This document shows positions 24,306-36,835 of a stretch of DNA of 64,000 bases, piece after piece. The position numbers were made by a program, and so were the translations under genes. The stretch lies in the NCBI GenBank assembly GCA_963575745.1, contig CAUYUJ010000162.1, positions 1 through 64,000 of the forward strand, in the 5' to 3' direction. The stretch is from Prorocentrum cordatum (Eukaryota). Numbering within the stretch: position 1 is the first letter of the stretch; each line of letters opens with the position of its first letter. The notes below the pieces were generated by a model. That model searched no databases, was not told the DNA's origin, and saw only the letters and a list, made by a program, of their open reading frames with translations.

Positions 24306-26309
24306 TTGTCAGAGTGAGGGGGCCGAAAGGTCATTCATCGTCCCTGGATGCGTGGCTGAAGTGAAAAAGGGGTGAGGATTGTGCTTGTTGCGTGTGTGTT
24401 GCTGTTGTTGGTTTTGTTGTTGGTGGTGCTGTTGTTGTCGTCGTCGTCGTTGTTGCTGGTGGTGGTGTTGTTGAACATTATTTATTCTAAAGAATAATTA
24501 TTGTTGGGCCCCCTGGTGCGCGCCCCCCCTGCGCCGCCTAGGCCGCAGCTACATTTTCATCACTTTCGTGAGGAAGCCTCAGAAAAGAGGGTGTGTACAG
24601 GATCCGGTTGTTTTGTTGTAATCCGCTTTCCCTTGCAAAAAACAATAGAAAATGACATTTCTTGTTCTAATATAATCAAATTTCAAGAATCCCTTGCAAA
24701 AAATAAGGTAAAGTGGACATTCGCGCGCGCAAGACGAAATCCTTCCAAAACCTTAGTGTTCGCAGCGATTTTAACATAAAAACATCAAAAAACCAATGGT
24801 TTTTCAACAAAAAATGTCAAAATCTCATCCCGCGCGCTCTTGCGGATTCGTAGGAAACCCAACACTTTTTAAACATTTCTGTCAAACGGGCTTTTGCGAG
24901 CAACTTTTTCGAACTTCTGCGACAACGGTTGCGCACCTGCCAGGGCCATCATCCCTGTCAAATAATACCATGCGGGACACATTCGTTTTTTCTTCGCGCG
25001 CGCACGCCGTCGTCGTCGGCCGCGGGGCCCTGAATAGTAGCCACGGTCGTCCGCATGCCACGAAGTGAAGTGTCCGAACGTCATAGGGCGGGAAGCTGGG
25101 TGTGGGTGGTGGCGAAGAGTCGTTTGGAAATTTGGTAGAGCTTGAACCGGCCCCCCCACAAAGTGGGGGTATTGCCCGCCTCCTATGAAAACCCTGGCAC
25201 TGGTGAGAACGGAGTGTCCCCACGTGCTAGTAATTGGTGTTGTTGTTGATGTTGTTGTTGGTGTTGGTATTGTTGTTGGCGTTGTTGTTGTCGTCGTCCC
25301 CCCCGCGACCCACCCCGCGACCCACCCCGCGACCCACCCCGCGACCCACCCCGCGACCCACCCGCGACCCACCCCGCGACCCACCCCGCGACCCACCCCG
25401 CCACCCACCCCGCGACCCACCTCGCGACCCAACCCGTGACCCACCCGCGACACACCCGCGACCCATCCGCGACCCACCCGCGACCCACCCCGCGACCCAC
25501 CCGCGACCCACCTCACGACCCACCCCGCGACCCACCCGCGACACACCCGCGACCCACTTGCGATCCACCCACGACCCACCCCGCGACCCACCCGCGACTC
25601 ACCAGCGGCCCACCCGCGACCCACCCGCGACCGATCCACATTGGTTCGAAGAAAAGATCGGCGCCTGCGGCGGGCTTGTTGCATAATTTGAAAAACTGTG
25701 GCGCCTGCGGCGGGCTTCTCAGATGATCGCAGACTGCCGACGCCCCCGCCGCCCCTCACTCTTATCCGCATCTGCGGGGTGCTACGTATATACAAACATA
25801 CATACATATCTATATATATGTACAAATATATAAACATATAACTAGATACATGTTTTCTGGTGAGCCCACATCGAAGGCACGGCGTGCTGGGCAAAAAGTG
25901 TCTCAGCAAAGACCATACAGTACATCTTCCACGACAATGCACGGGACCCTGATGCCCCTGAGGTTGCCTCCGAAGCGTGTTGCCGAGGAGCAGCGAAACA
26001 GAAGTGTAACCCAGAATCGGGATCTCTGGGGCGTCTGAAGCTTTTAAAAGAAGCACATGCGACATGTGATACCTGAGAGGCGGTCTGACCGCATCTTGCC
26101 ACCTGATTTGAGGGAACGCTCGGGCCAGAGCACGCCCAAGCTGGGGATTCCAGCTGAAAGCTGAAGAAGAGTTAATTCGAGCACCATTCAAAGTGACCAC
26201 CATTCTAGAACAAGCAATCGATAGAAACTGGGTGCACCGGTAGAATTCCTTAGCCCGCCTACGGTATCATTTACTGGGCATCCTTCGGAGAAGGCAACAA
26301 ACCACGTTG

Positions 26310-27952
26310 TTTCATACCCTGGGACTTCCGAAGAAAAACTGATCCTGGCTGGGGCGGATTTCGGAACAGATGTGGGCATAAGAGGATTCCCCACCCCCCA
26401 CACACATACATACGCGCAAAAAATGGTTATGGGGAAATGGGGTATTTGGAAATGGGGCCGCAAACCGCAGCTGCAATAGTTCGTTGCATGGAACACTTGC
26501 GCGCAGCTATGGCGCGCAACTATTGCGAAATATTGCGCCCGCGTGCTCAACTATTGCGTCAGATTGCATGACCAGGAGCAACTGTTGCATCGTGGCTGGC
26601 CAACTACTGCAAACTATTGCTCGCAAGAAAGGGATAACACAAACTATTGCATCGCAGAGAAAAACTATGGCGCTCGCGCGAGAAAACTATTGATTGCACC
26701 CCGACTATTGCACGAGGCACTGTACGATGTATGTGATCGTTTCGAACTATTGCATGAACTATTACGCGTACGTTTCGCGGACCCATTTCCAAAGACCCCA
26801 TTAGCCCGATTCTGCAAAAAGTCTGCATCAACGTCTCGCATCAGCCGAGGGCCTGCCTCAACAGCGGGCCGGGGAGTCGAATGCCTGTTCGCATTTCAAC
26901 TGGCTGACTGAAACCGTGACTTAAGGTCGCACCGGCATTTATATGCCGCGCATCAGCATTGATATAATGGCATCGCCTAGACGGCGCATCCGGCAGGGCT
27001 CTGTCGGAATGTGCGGCGCACACTGCCGAAAAACCGCGTGGGCCAGTGAACAATCAACGATCGGAGGTGAGGGGGTGAGATCGAAGAGGAACGGAGAGCC
27101 CCCCTACCGGGAAATCGGTTTCGGTTTCATACACTGGGACTTCCGAAAAAAAAAACTGACCCTGGCTGGGGCGGATTTCGGAACATATGTGGGCATAAGA
27201 GGATCCCCCCCACACACACACACACCCACACATACACGCAAAAAAATTGTTATGGGGAAATGGGGTATTTGGAAATGGGGCCGCAAACCGCAGCTGCAAT
27301 AGTTCGCTGCATGGAACACTTGCGCGCAGCTATGGCGCGCAACTATTGCGAAATATTGCGCCCGCGTGCTCAACTATTGCGTCAGATTGCATGACCAGGA
27401 GCAACTATTGCATCGTGGCAGGCCAACTACCGCAAACTATTGCTCGCAAGAAAGGGATACCACAAACTATTGCATCGCAGAGAAAAACTATGGCGCTCGC
27501 GCAAGCAAACTATTGATTGCACCCCGACTATTGCACGAGGCACTGTACGATGTATGTGATCGTTTCCAACTATTGCATGAACTATTGCGCGCGCGCTTCG
27601 CGGACCCATTTCCAAAGACCCCATTTGCCCGATTCTGCAAAAAGTCTGCATCAACGTCTCGCATCAGCCGAGGGCCTGCCTCAACAGCGGGCCGGGGAGT
27701 CGAATGCCTGTTCGCATTTCAACTGGCTGACTGAAACCGTGACTTAAGGTCGCACCGGCATTTATATGCCGCGCATCAGCATTGATATAACGGCATCGCC
27801 TAGACGGCGCATCCGGCAGGGCTCTGTCGGAATGTGCGGCGCACACTGCCGAAAAACCGCGTGGGCCAGTGAACAATCAACGATCGGAGGTGAGGGGGTG
27901 AGATCGAAGAGGAACGGAGAGCCCCCCTACCGGGAAATCGGTTTCGGTTTCA
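26310..27952. repeat. Two-copy ~820-bp tandem duplication, each copy holding a ~375-bp TIR-bounded AACTATTGC-array element
   Basis: Units start near 26310 and 27128; inner TIR gggaaatggggtatttggaaatggggccgc / gcggacccatttccaaagaccccattagccc at 26432-26807 and 27255-27630. Confidence 0.9.
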
Positions 27953-28191
27953 TGTTCGTGCGTGCCGTGCGTGCGGGCGAGGCGAAGCTGCGTGGGCGGG
28001 CGAGAAGAAAGTCTCCTCCGGCTGAGGCGCGGCTGGACCAAATGCTTCCTTTCCGGGGTCCAGTGCCGCGCGGTGTCCCGCCCGTGTCCCGCCTCCGGCT
28101 GAGGCGCAGCCGGACCGAATGTTTCCTTTCCGGAGGCCGGTGCTGCGCGGTGTCCCGCCAGTGTCACGCCGGTGCCCCGTCGGTGTCCCGG

Positions 28192-28860
28192 TGATGATGA
28201 TGATGATGATGATGATGTCGATGATGTCGATGATGTTGATGATGATGATGGTGATGATGATGATGGTGTCCCGATGATGATGAGTATGATGCTGATGACG
28301 ATGATGTTGACTATGTTGATGATGATGATGGTGGTGGTGGTGATGATGGCCATGGTGGTGATGATGATGGTGTCCCGATGATGCTGAGGTTGCTGGTGCT
28401 GATGCTGATGATGATGGTGTCCCGATGATGATAATGATGATGATGATGATGCTGATGATGTTGATGATCTTGATGATGCTGAAGAAACTGTGCTAATGAA
28501 ATGATGATGGTGATGATGGTGATGATGATGAAGATGATGATGGTGTCCTGATGGTGATGGTGATGATGAGGTTGATGATGATGCTGTTGATGATAACGAT
28601 GAGGATGGTGTCCCACTGATGATGATGTTGATGATCATGACGATGATGGTGTCCCGATGACGATGATGATGTTGATGATGATGATGAGGTGATGATGATG
28701 ATTTTGATGATGGTGGCCCGATGATGATGATGATGTTGATAATGATGGTGTCCCGAATATGATGATGATGATGGTGATGATTATGATGGCGACGATGACG
28801 ATGGTGTCCCGATGATGATGCAGTTGATGATGTTGTTCATGATGATGATGATATGATGAC
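28192..28860. repeat. (GAT)n microsatellite punctuated by GGTGTCCC
   Basis: Direct inspection; similar tract at 30720-30850. Confidence 0.9.
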
Positions 28861-28955
28861 TAGAACCACGCGCGCGCTTCGCGCGCGCTTAGGTTCTGTC
28901 GAGTCACAGACCCAGGAATCGTTGTGAGAAGAAATTGGTGACGCGAAGCGTCGTG

Positions 28956-30520
28956 GGGGCGTCCTTGGACGTCTGGGGTCTCCTGGGGCCTCTTGAGGGG
29001 CCTCCTGGGGGCCTCCTGGCGGCCTCTTGGGGCGGAAGGCTCGAGCTTGCGGTTCGTGGTCCCCCTCTGGGCCCCCTCTTGGGCCCGTCTTGGGGCCCTC
29101 TTGGGCCATCTTGGGCGCCTCTTGGGCCGTCTTGGGGCCCTCTTGGGCTGTCCTGGGGCCCTCTTGGAAGCTTCTTGGGCCGTCTTGGGGCGGTCTTGGG
29201 CGCCTCTTGGGCCGTCCTGTAACGTCGGAAAGCCCAAAAGACAACTTTGTTGAAAATGTACGTTTTACGAAGGGAATGGGCCAACTTTTGCGTCTAGGGG
29301 CCCTCTTGGGACGCATGTTGGAGGCTTCTTGGGGGCCTCTTGGGGGCGTCCTTGGACGTCTGGGGTCTCCTGGGGCCTCTTGAGGGGCCTCCTGGGGGCC
29401 TCCTGGCGGCCTCTTGGGGCGGAAGGCTCGAGCTTGCGGTTCGTGGTCCCCCTCTGGGCCCCCTCTTGGGCCCGTCTTGGGGCCCTCTTGGGCCATCTTG
29501 GGCGCCTCTTGGGCCGTCTTGGGGCCCTCTTGGGCTGTCCTGGGGCCCTCTTGGAAGCTTCTTGGGCCGTCTTGGGGCGGTCTTGGGCGCCTCTTGGGCC
29601 GTCCTGTAACGTCGGAAAGCCCAAAAGACAACTTTGTTGAAAATGTACGTTTTACGAGGGGAATGGGCCAATTTTTGCATCTAGGGGCCCTCTTGGGACG
29701 CATGTTGGAGGCTTCTTGGGGCCTCTTGGGGGCGTCCTTGGACGTCTGGGGTCTCCTGGGGCCTCTTGAGGGGCCTCCTGGGGGCCTCCTGGCGGCCTCT
29801 TGGGGCGGAAGGCTCGAGCTTGCGGTTCGTGGTCCCCCTCTGGGCCCCCTCTTGGGCCCGTCTTGGGGCCCTCTTGGGCCATCTTGGGCGCCTCTTGGGC
29901 CGTCTTGGGGCCCTCTTGGGCTGTCCTGGGGCCCTCTGGGAAGCTTCTTGGGCCGTCTTGGGGCGGTCTTGGGCGCCTCTTGGGCCGTCCTGTAACGTCG
30001 GAAAGCCCAAAAGGCGACTTTGTTAAAAATGTACGTTTTACAAAGGGAATGGGCCAATTCTTGCGTCTAGGGGCCCTCTTGGGACGCATGTTGGAGGCTT
30101 CTTGGAGCCTCTTGGGGGCGTCCTTGGACGTCTGGGGTCTCCTGGGGCCTCTTGAGGGGCCTCCTGGGGGCCTCCTGGCGGCCTCTTGGGGCGGAAGGCT
30201 CGAGCTTGCGGTTCGTGGTCCCCCTCTGGGCCCCCTCTTGGGCCCGTCTTGGGGCCCTCTTGGGCCATCTTGGGCGCCTCTTGGGCCGTCTTGGGGCCCT
30301 CTTGGGCTGTCCTGGGGCACTCTTGGGAGCTTCTTGGGCCGTCTTGGGGCGGTCTTGGGCGCCTCTTGGGCCGTCCTGTAACGTCGGAAAGCCCAAAAGG
30401 CAACTTTGTGAAAAATGTACGTTTTACGAAGGGAATGGGCAAATTTTTGCGTCTAGGGGCCCTCTTGGGACGCATGTTGGAGGCTTCTTGGGGCCTCTTG
30501 GGGGCGTCCTTGGACGTCTG
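28956..30520. repeat. Four near-identical 386-387 bp tandem units built on TCTTGGGGCC
   Basis: gggcgtccttggacgtctgg recurs at about 28957, 29344, 29730, 30116 and 30502. Confidence 0.95.
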
Positions 30521-30852
30521 GAGGCCATCTTCAGCATCTCGGAGCCCTCTTGGAGGCCTCTTGGAAGTTTCTTGGGCCGTCTTGGGCGTTTCTGGGGCCG
30601 TCTTGTCTGACCGGGGAGGCCTCCGGCAAGCCCCGACGAGCCTCCGGGCCCCCCGGGGTGCACATTTGCGGTCGAGGTCCCGGCCCCGGGCCCCCGGACC
30701 CGGTGCGCCGTTATATGTATATGATGATGGTGACGATGATACTGATAATTGTGGTGTTCAGATGCTGATGATGATGATTGTGTCCCGATGATGATGACGA
30801 TGGTGACGATGTTGATGACGTTGGTGTTGATGATGTTGATGATGATGACGTG

Positions 30853-31080
30853 ATCGATTGTGATATCGGTAGTGAGATTGATAGCGAGACCCAATGTGAG
30901 ACCGAATGTGATATCAATTGTGAGATCGATTGTGAGATCGATGGTCAGATCGATTGTGAGATCAATCGAATGGAACAGATCGCGTGAGATCGATTGTGAG
31001 ATCGATCGAGTGAGATCGATCGAGCGAGACCGATAGTGAGATCGATAGTGAGATCGATAGTGAGCCCGATCGAGTGAGAC
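30853..31080. repeat. 12-bp GATCGATTGTGA minisatellite
   Basis: Direct inspection. Confidence 0.85.
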
Positions 31081-31149
31081 GTTGGTTCCTCCCCCCCGAA
31101 CCTCCTTATCACCCGAAGACTGGTCGTATAGGTATTTAGACGAGGCTCG

Positions 31150-31900
31150 CTACTGCACGCAGCAAACGTTGGTCACCAAGCAGTCCCGGCCGATGCGGCT
31201 GCTCTTCGGCTGGAGCGCGCTCAGGAAGTCGGCGTGAGCCTGGCGGTCGTCGTCGTCGAGGTGGCCGAGCGCGAGCCTCTCGCCCTCTGACGTGGTGCCG
31301 CCACCCTCGCAGGCCAACGCCTCCTCGCTCAGGGCAGCAAAGGGGCAGACTTCCGCGGTGCCCCTCTTTTGGCCCACGGGCTCGGGCGCGTCGGCGGGCT
31401 CGGGGCCCATGCCCTCGCTGGAAGCGGCAGCCTCTGACGTGATGCCGAGCCTGTCCGCTTTCTTGCCGCCGAGCTCGAGCTGCGCTTGTGACTCCCACCC
31501 CGGTTGCGCCAGACCCTTTATCTCGTCGAACGTCTTCTGGTCGTCTGGGGCCCGCGCGAGCTGAGTGGCGGCGCCAAGCGGGGTCGCGTCGCCAGCCTGC
31601 GCCCCGAGCTGACTCTCTGCCGGGGGCTGGCCCAAGCGGCACCTTGCGCGCAAAGGCGGGGCGGGCTGCGAGCGGGCCCCCGCCGCGACTGCGGGCTCGG
31701 CCGTCACCTCAATGAACGCGTTCTTGCGCGCCGCGCAAACATTGTTGCGCGCGTCGGCGAGGAGTTTGTAAAACAAAAATTACTCCGACGGAAGAACCCC
31801 ACATAAGAATCCTCTGGGCGAATCTGGAAAAAGCCATCACCGTCGTCCTCGTGGTTGGTGAGGCGTCCTGGCTGTCTCTTCTGCGTATATTTCCTCTCGC
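31150..31900 (-). pseudogene. Possible decayed hypothetical coding segment downstream of the helicase fragment
   Basis: Protein-like ORF 31150-31776 with an apparent upstream frameshift; no recognisable domain. Confidence 0.3.
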
Positions 31901-32187
31901 CTTGGCGCGGGCCCCCCTTCCACTCCTTACGTTGTCCCCATCCTCGCCCCCCTGTTTGTTCCGCGCCCCGCCACCTCCTCCCCTTCCTGTTGCATGAGCG
32001 CGCATGTCGATGTTCCTCGGCGCCGTCGCCGCCACGGCCAGCACAGGCGCGTTCTCTACTGGTCACGTCGCGCAGCCGTTGGGACAACCCCGCGGGCCAG
32101 GCTGTCGGGACAACCCCGCGAGCCGTTGGCGCGCAAGACCAAGCCGTTGGGACAACCCCGCGGGCTTCGAGCGAGGCGCAGCCGCGC

Positions 32188-32675
32188 TCAGGCGGAAGGC
32201 AGCACGAAGCCCAGCTCTGCCGCGAGCTGCTTCGCCTCCGCCCTGGACAAAACCGTTCTCTTGTCGAACTCCAGGAGCGCCTTCCGCAGGGACGCCGGCG
32301 GCCCGCACTCCAGGAACTCTCGCGGCGGCGGCCGCAGGATCAGCATGTTCCGCATGCACGTGGCGCGGGAGAACATGACGTAGAGGTGCAGCCACCACTG
32401 CTCGTCCGACATGCCCGTGCGGCCAGCGTCCTCGTCTCTCGCGCAGTCGATGGTGACGCCCTTGCGCAGCGTCTGGCCCTGCGACAGCGTGGAGGTCAGG
32501 TAGGACGCGTGCGTCAGGGTGAACCCCGAGCGGCGCACGCTGTGCGCCCCCGAGCTCTGCCATGTGAACTCCCTTTCGCTGGGCCTGAACATCAGCAAGC
32601 TCCGCGCCCGCGCCTCGGCCTGGCCGTCGTCGTCGGCGCCTTCGGCGCCCTGTCGCAGCACCTCGGCGACCTGAG
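32188..32675 (-). pseudogene. C-terminal fragment of a PIF1-family (SF1B, Helitron-like) DNA helicase
   Basis: RRSGFTLTHASYLTSTLSQGQTL...VTIDC...LYVMFSRATCMRNMLIL resembles PIF1 motifs V and VI (RxQxPLxxAxAxTxHKSQGxTL; YVALSR); the N-terminal part is absent. Confidence 0.75.
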
Positions 32676-32749
32676 GAGCCCAAAAACTTCCTTGTTGCAT
32701 CCAAAGTGTGGCCTGGGAACTGCGTTCTGGCAGCGCGAGAACCCAACAT

Positions 32750-33800
32750 TGACGACAGTTACAGGTTTTGGATGACCTGCTCGGATTACCAACATGATCT
32801 GCGGGCCCCATAGGGAGGGGGCTCCCGCCTGAGACTTCCTCGCAGTTCACTCACAGACGAGGCTCCCGCCTGAGACTTCCTCCATATTCAGGCTTGAGGA
32901 GCCCAAAAGTGACGACAGTTACAGGGTTCCGATGACCCGCTCGGATTACCAACATGATCTGCGGGCCCCATAGGGAGGGGGCTCCCGCCTGAGACTTCCT
33001 CACAATTCACTCAAGACGAGGCTCCCGCCTGAGACTTCCTCCAAATTCAGGCTTGACGAGCCCAAAAGTGACGACAGTTACAGGGTTCCGATGACCCGCT
33101 CGGATTACCAACATGATCTGCGGGCCCCATAGGGAGGGGGCTCCCGCCTGAGACTTCCTCGCATTCACTCACAGACGAGGCTCCCGCCTGAGACTTCCTC
33201 CATATTCAGGCTTGAGGAGCCCAAAAGTGACGACAGTTACAGGGTTCCGATGACCCGCTCGGATTACCAACATGATCTGCGGGCCCCATAGGGAGGGGGC
33301 TCCCGCCTGAGACTTCTTCACAATTCACTCAAAGACGAGGCTCCCGCCTGAGACTTCCTCCAAATTCAGGCTTGACGAGCCCAAAAGTGACGACAGTTAC
33401 AGGGTTCCGATGACCCGCTCGGATTACCAACATGATCTGCGGGCCCCATAGGGAGGGGGCTCCCGCTTGAGCCTTCCTCAGAATTCACTCACAGACGAGG
33501 CTCCCGCCTGAGACTTCCTCCATATTCAGGCTTGAGGAACCCAAAAGTGACGACAGTTACAGGGTTCCGATGACCCGCTCGGATTACCAACATGATCTGC
33601 GGGCCCCATAGGGAGGGAGCTCCCGCCTGAGACTTCCTCCCAATTCACTCACAGACGAGGCTCCCGCCTGAGACTTCCTCCATTTTCAGGCCTGGGGAGC
33701 CCAAAAGTGACGACAGTTACAGGGTTCCGATGACCCGCTCGGATTACCAACATGATCTGCGGGCCCCATAGGGAGGGGGCTCCCGCCTGAGACTTCCTCA
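32750..33800. repeat. ~6.5 copies of a 159-160 bp tandem unit
   Basis: tgacgacagttacagg at about 32750, 32910, 33069, 33228, 33388, 33548 and 33708; each unit carries ggctcccgcctgagacttcctc twice. Confidence 0.95.
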
Positions 33801-36800
33801 CACTTTACTCAACGATGATGAGGATGAAGATGATGAGTGGTGGTGAAGATGAGTGGTGAAGAGGATGATGATTGATTGTGGGTGGTGGTGGCGATGATGA
33901 TGTTTGAATGAGGATGATGTCATCCGCATGATGAGGCAGAAGAGGAGAGGGGGTGGGGTGAGTGTTCCTGCGCGGGGTGTGCAGAGAAAACAAGAGCCCC
34001 ACTTTGGATGTGGGGAAAAAATCTCGCCGTCAGGCTGCCCCTCGCACGCCGAGCGGCCGGCAGCGAGCGCCGGCCGAGCCGCGGCAGCCGGGGCCGCCGC
34101 GCCACCGTCAGAGCCTTCGCCGCCGCCGCAGCGCCCGCGCTGCACGGGCCCTCTGGGGCACTGCGCCCGCCAAGCCCCCGGCGGCAGTGGGGGGCAGTCG
34201 CGCGCCGGGATCGCCCTCAGCGGGCGCATGGGGCGCTCCTTTTGGTGCCCCGTGGCCGCCTCCACGCGGCCCCGGTGCCGCGGGCGGCCTGGGGGCCCCG
34301 CGCGCGGAGGCAGGCGTGGAACTGCGCCGCCCCGACTCGGGCGGGGCCCGTCCGCAGGGGCCGCCGCCGGCCTGGCGGCTGTCTGTGGGCACTGGTCCTG
34401 CTCCTGCTCGCGGCGCAGCAGAAGGTCTGCGGCGGCGGCGGCCGGCTGCAAGCTGCGGCGCGCCTGGCAGCCACCTGCAAACGCTGCTCCCACTCCTGCT
34501 GCGCCTGCCGCGCCCGTGGCGCGTGCCAAGCGCGCGGCGGCAATGCCAGCGTCTCGAGGGCGCCAGTCGAAGCCGCTGCCCCGGAGTCACAGGTCCCGCG
34601 CTGAGCGGGACCAGTATGCCGAAGCGGGTCGTTGAAAACGTAGAGTCGGCTGGCCTTGGGGACGTACGATGGCGCACTGGTGTTCCACACGAAGCGAGGA
34701 CACAAAGACGTCGACAGCCCAGCTGCCTGTTCCGTTGGGGACTCTGGGGCTTTCTGGGCAACCATGGCCGCCAGGACTGATCAGGCTACGCGGGTCCGAC
34801 GCGCCACAGGAGAACTCAACGAAAACCCATGTTGCAGCCCCAATGACTTGAGTTAGAATAGGTACGGATGGCCCCCCTTCTCCTCTTCTTCCTCCTCCCT
34901 CCTCCTCCTCATCCTCCTCATCCTCCTCCTCCTATTCCTATTCCTCCTCCTCGGGCACGGCACATCGACGCCTCAGCGTCACGAACCAACTCCAGGGAAG
35001 TCTCCGCAAGAACAATCGACGGATTATCAGTAGGCCCGATTGGCGAGCCATTAAGCCAGACCGCGGCATGATGAAGCCCAGAAGTAAACTGCATTAAGCG
35101 GGTTATGCTGGAGTAGGCTGGTTATCGACCACGGGTGTACCAACGTCGATGCAGCATGATGCAGAATGCAACCTTCCAGAAGCTTCATCCAAGCGCCGAA
35201 ACGCCTCGACAATCGATATATGTACACTCCGCCTCCCGCGCAGGTGAACGGGCCGCTGCCTGGCATAATAACAACTGCATACCTATAAACTTTCGACGGT
35301 CCGCGCGGATTTCTTGGATCGCGCTCGACCCGCTCGCGCGCGGCGCGCGCCAGGGAAGGGCTGGGGGCGCCGTCAGGTGGGCCCAGCGCCGATCCAACAC
35401 ATCCGCGCGGACATGGTTGTGGCGCTTCCTCTTCTCCAAGGGAAATCGAATGATCAAATCAAAATCCGCCACCGCGGAAGACAGGGATGGCGCGGGCCAG
35501 GGAGACACCCACATCGGGTGATGCTGGACATGCTCCTTCCCTAAGGTGCTCCCAGGATTCCCAAGGAGGCACCCGCGGTCTCGAGAGAACCCCCCCAGGG
35601 GGCCCCTGGGTTCGGTGGCAACTCACTGCAGCCTCCCATGCCATCTTGTTGGCCCTTGTGAATCGACGCTACTCGACACTATTCGAAGCTCATCGGCGCT
35701 GAATCGGCGTTACCTCATCGACTGCCGGCCGCTCATCGACACTGCAGACAGAATGGAGAGGATGCACAAGGCTCCCGCGATTCGTCACTGAACCAAGGAT
35801 TCCAACATGGAGCGAAAAACTGAGGGGGGCACCTTGGGCCAAGGGCACCTTTCTTGGGGATCCCAAGACCGTGCGGTGACAAATCGCGCGGTGACCTTGG
35901 AACCCCAAGAGACCTCACCGCACGGTCCGTCACCACACGGTTTTGGGACCCTGCAGGCTCCAGTCGCCCGAGACATCCTCGGAGAACGACCCGCGTCCCA
36001 AAACCGCGTGGCGACCCCGAATCCCCACCGACTCACCACACGGTGTGGTCACCACCCCGTTTGGGGGCCCCCGAAGTAACTTTCGCAACCCCCGACCACG
36101 GTTCCGGGACCACCTCGAGGGCATCACGCCGGGGGGCCACGTGGCGGCCGCAGAGGCCGCGGGCGGCGGCAGTTGTTTCGGAGATAGATCCACCGTGGGT
36201 GGAGAGACCGATATCGCGTTCGAGACGGAGATCGCGTTTGACAGAAAGGACCAACAAATACCGATACCGCTACTGCGCGGACCTCTCCAGAGGTGCGTCC
36301 CGACCAGAAATGCAAGGCGAATCCAGCCGTGGCGACGAAGGCCTCCCAAGAAGGCCCAGAAACATGGAAACGAGGCCAGAGAAGCGGAATGGGTACTCTT
36401 TCCCTCCCATTGGGACCAAACTACGCGGAAACATCCGTGAGGCCTCGCTCGGTGATTTGAGGCCCAAATGTAGCTGGACACACGTCAGGTTCACGTGGGA
36501 TGCGCGTCGAACTGAACCACGAAGGGACTTTGGATGCCCCCCCGTAGGGGGTAACTAATTCTTGACGCTTCGCTACAGACACCATGCTCGTTTGGCGGCC
36601 TTCAGCCGCCCTCCCTGGCACGTGCACTTCCTGCCTTTGGACCCAAGTGTGTGTACCAGCAACGCCGTCTGCATTGCAACACCCGCACGTGTCGCGTGTA
36701 GCCATAGTGGCCCCGGCCCCGCTGTAGCTGGTTCCACCTTGCCAGGCTCGCCCCGGCCCACGGTTCTGTGACCGACGCAAAGATGGCTTCGCCTCGTCAC

Positions 36801-36835
36801 CCTCAGAGCCGTGCTCTCACTCCCTGGGCTTCCCC

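Noticed and set aside
25830..26310. Coding-like minus-strand segment
   Set aside because: No recognisable motifs or consistent frame.
28837..30791. Overlapping Pro/Gly/Arg-rich ORFs
   Set aside because: They arise from the 386-bp GC-rich tandem repeat, which is open in several frames.
32893..32920. Weak reverse SL resemblance in the 160-bp unit (cttgaggagcccaaaagtgacgacag)
   Set aside because: It needs several gaps and cannot be distinguished from chance.
32750..33800. CRISPR-like repeat ggctcccgcctgagacttcctc
   Set aside because: The intervening sequences are near-identical between units and there are no cas genes; it is a tandem satellite.
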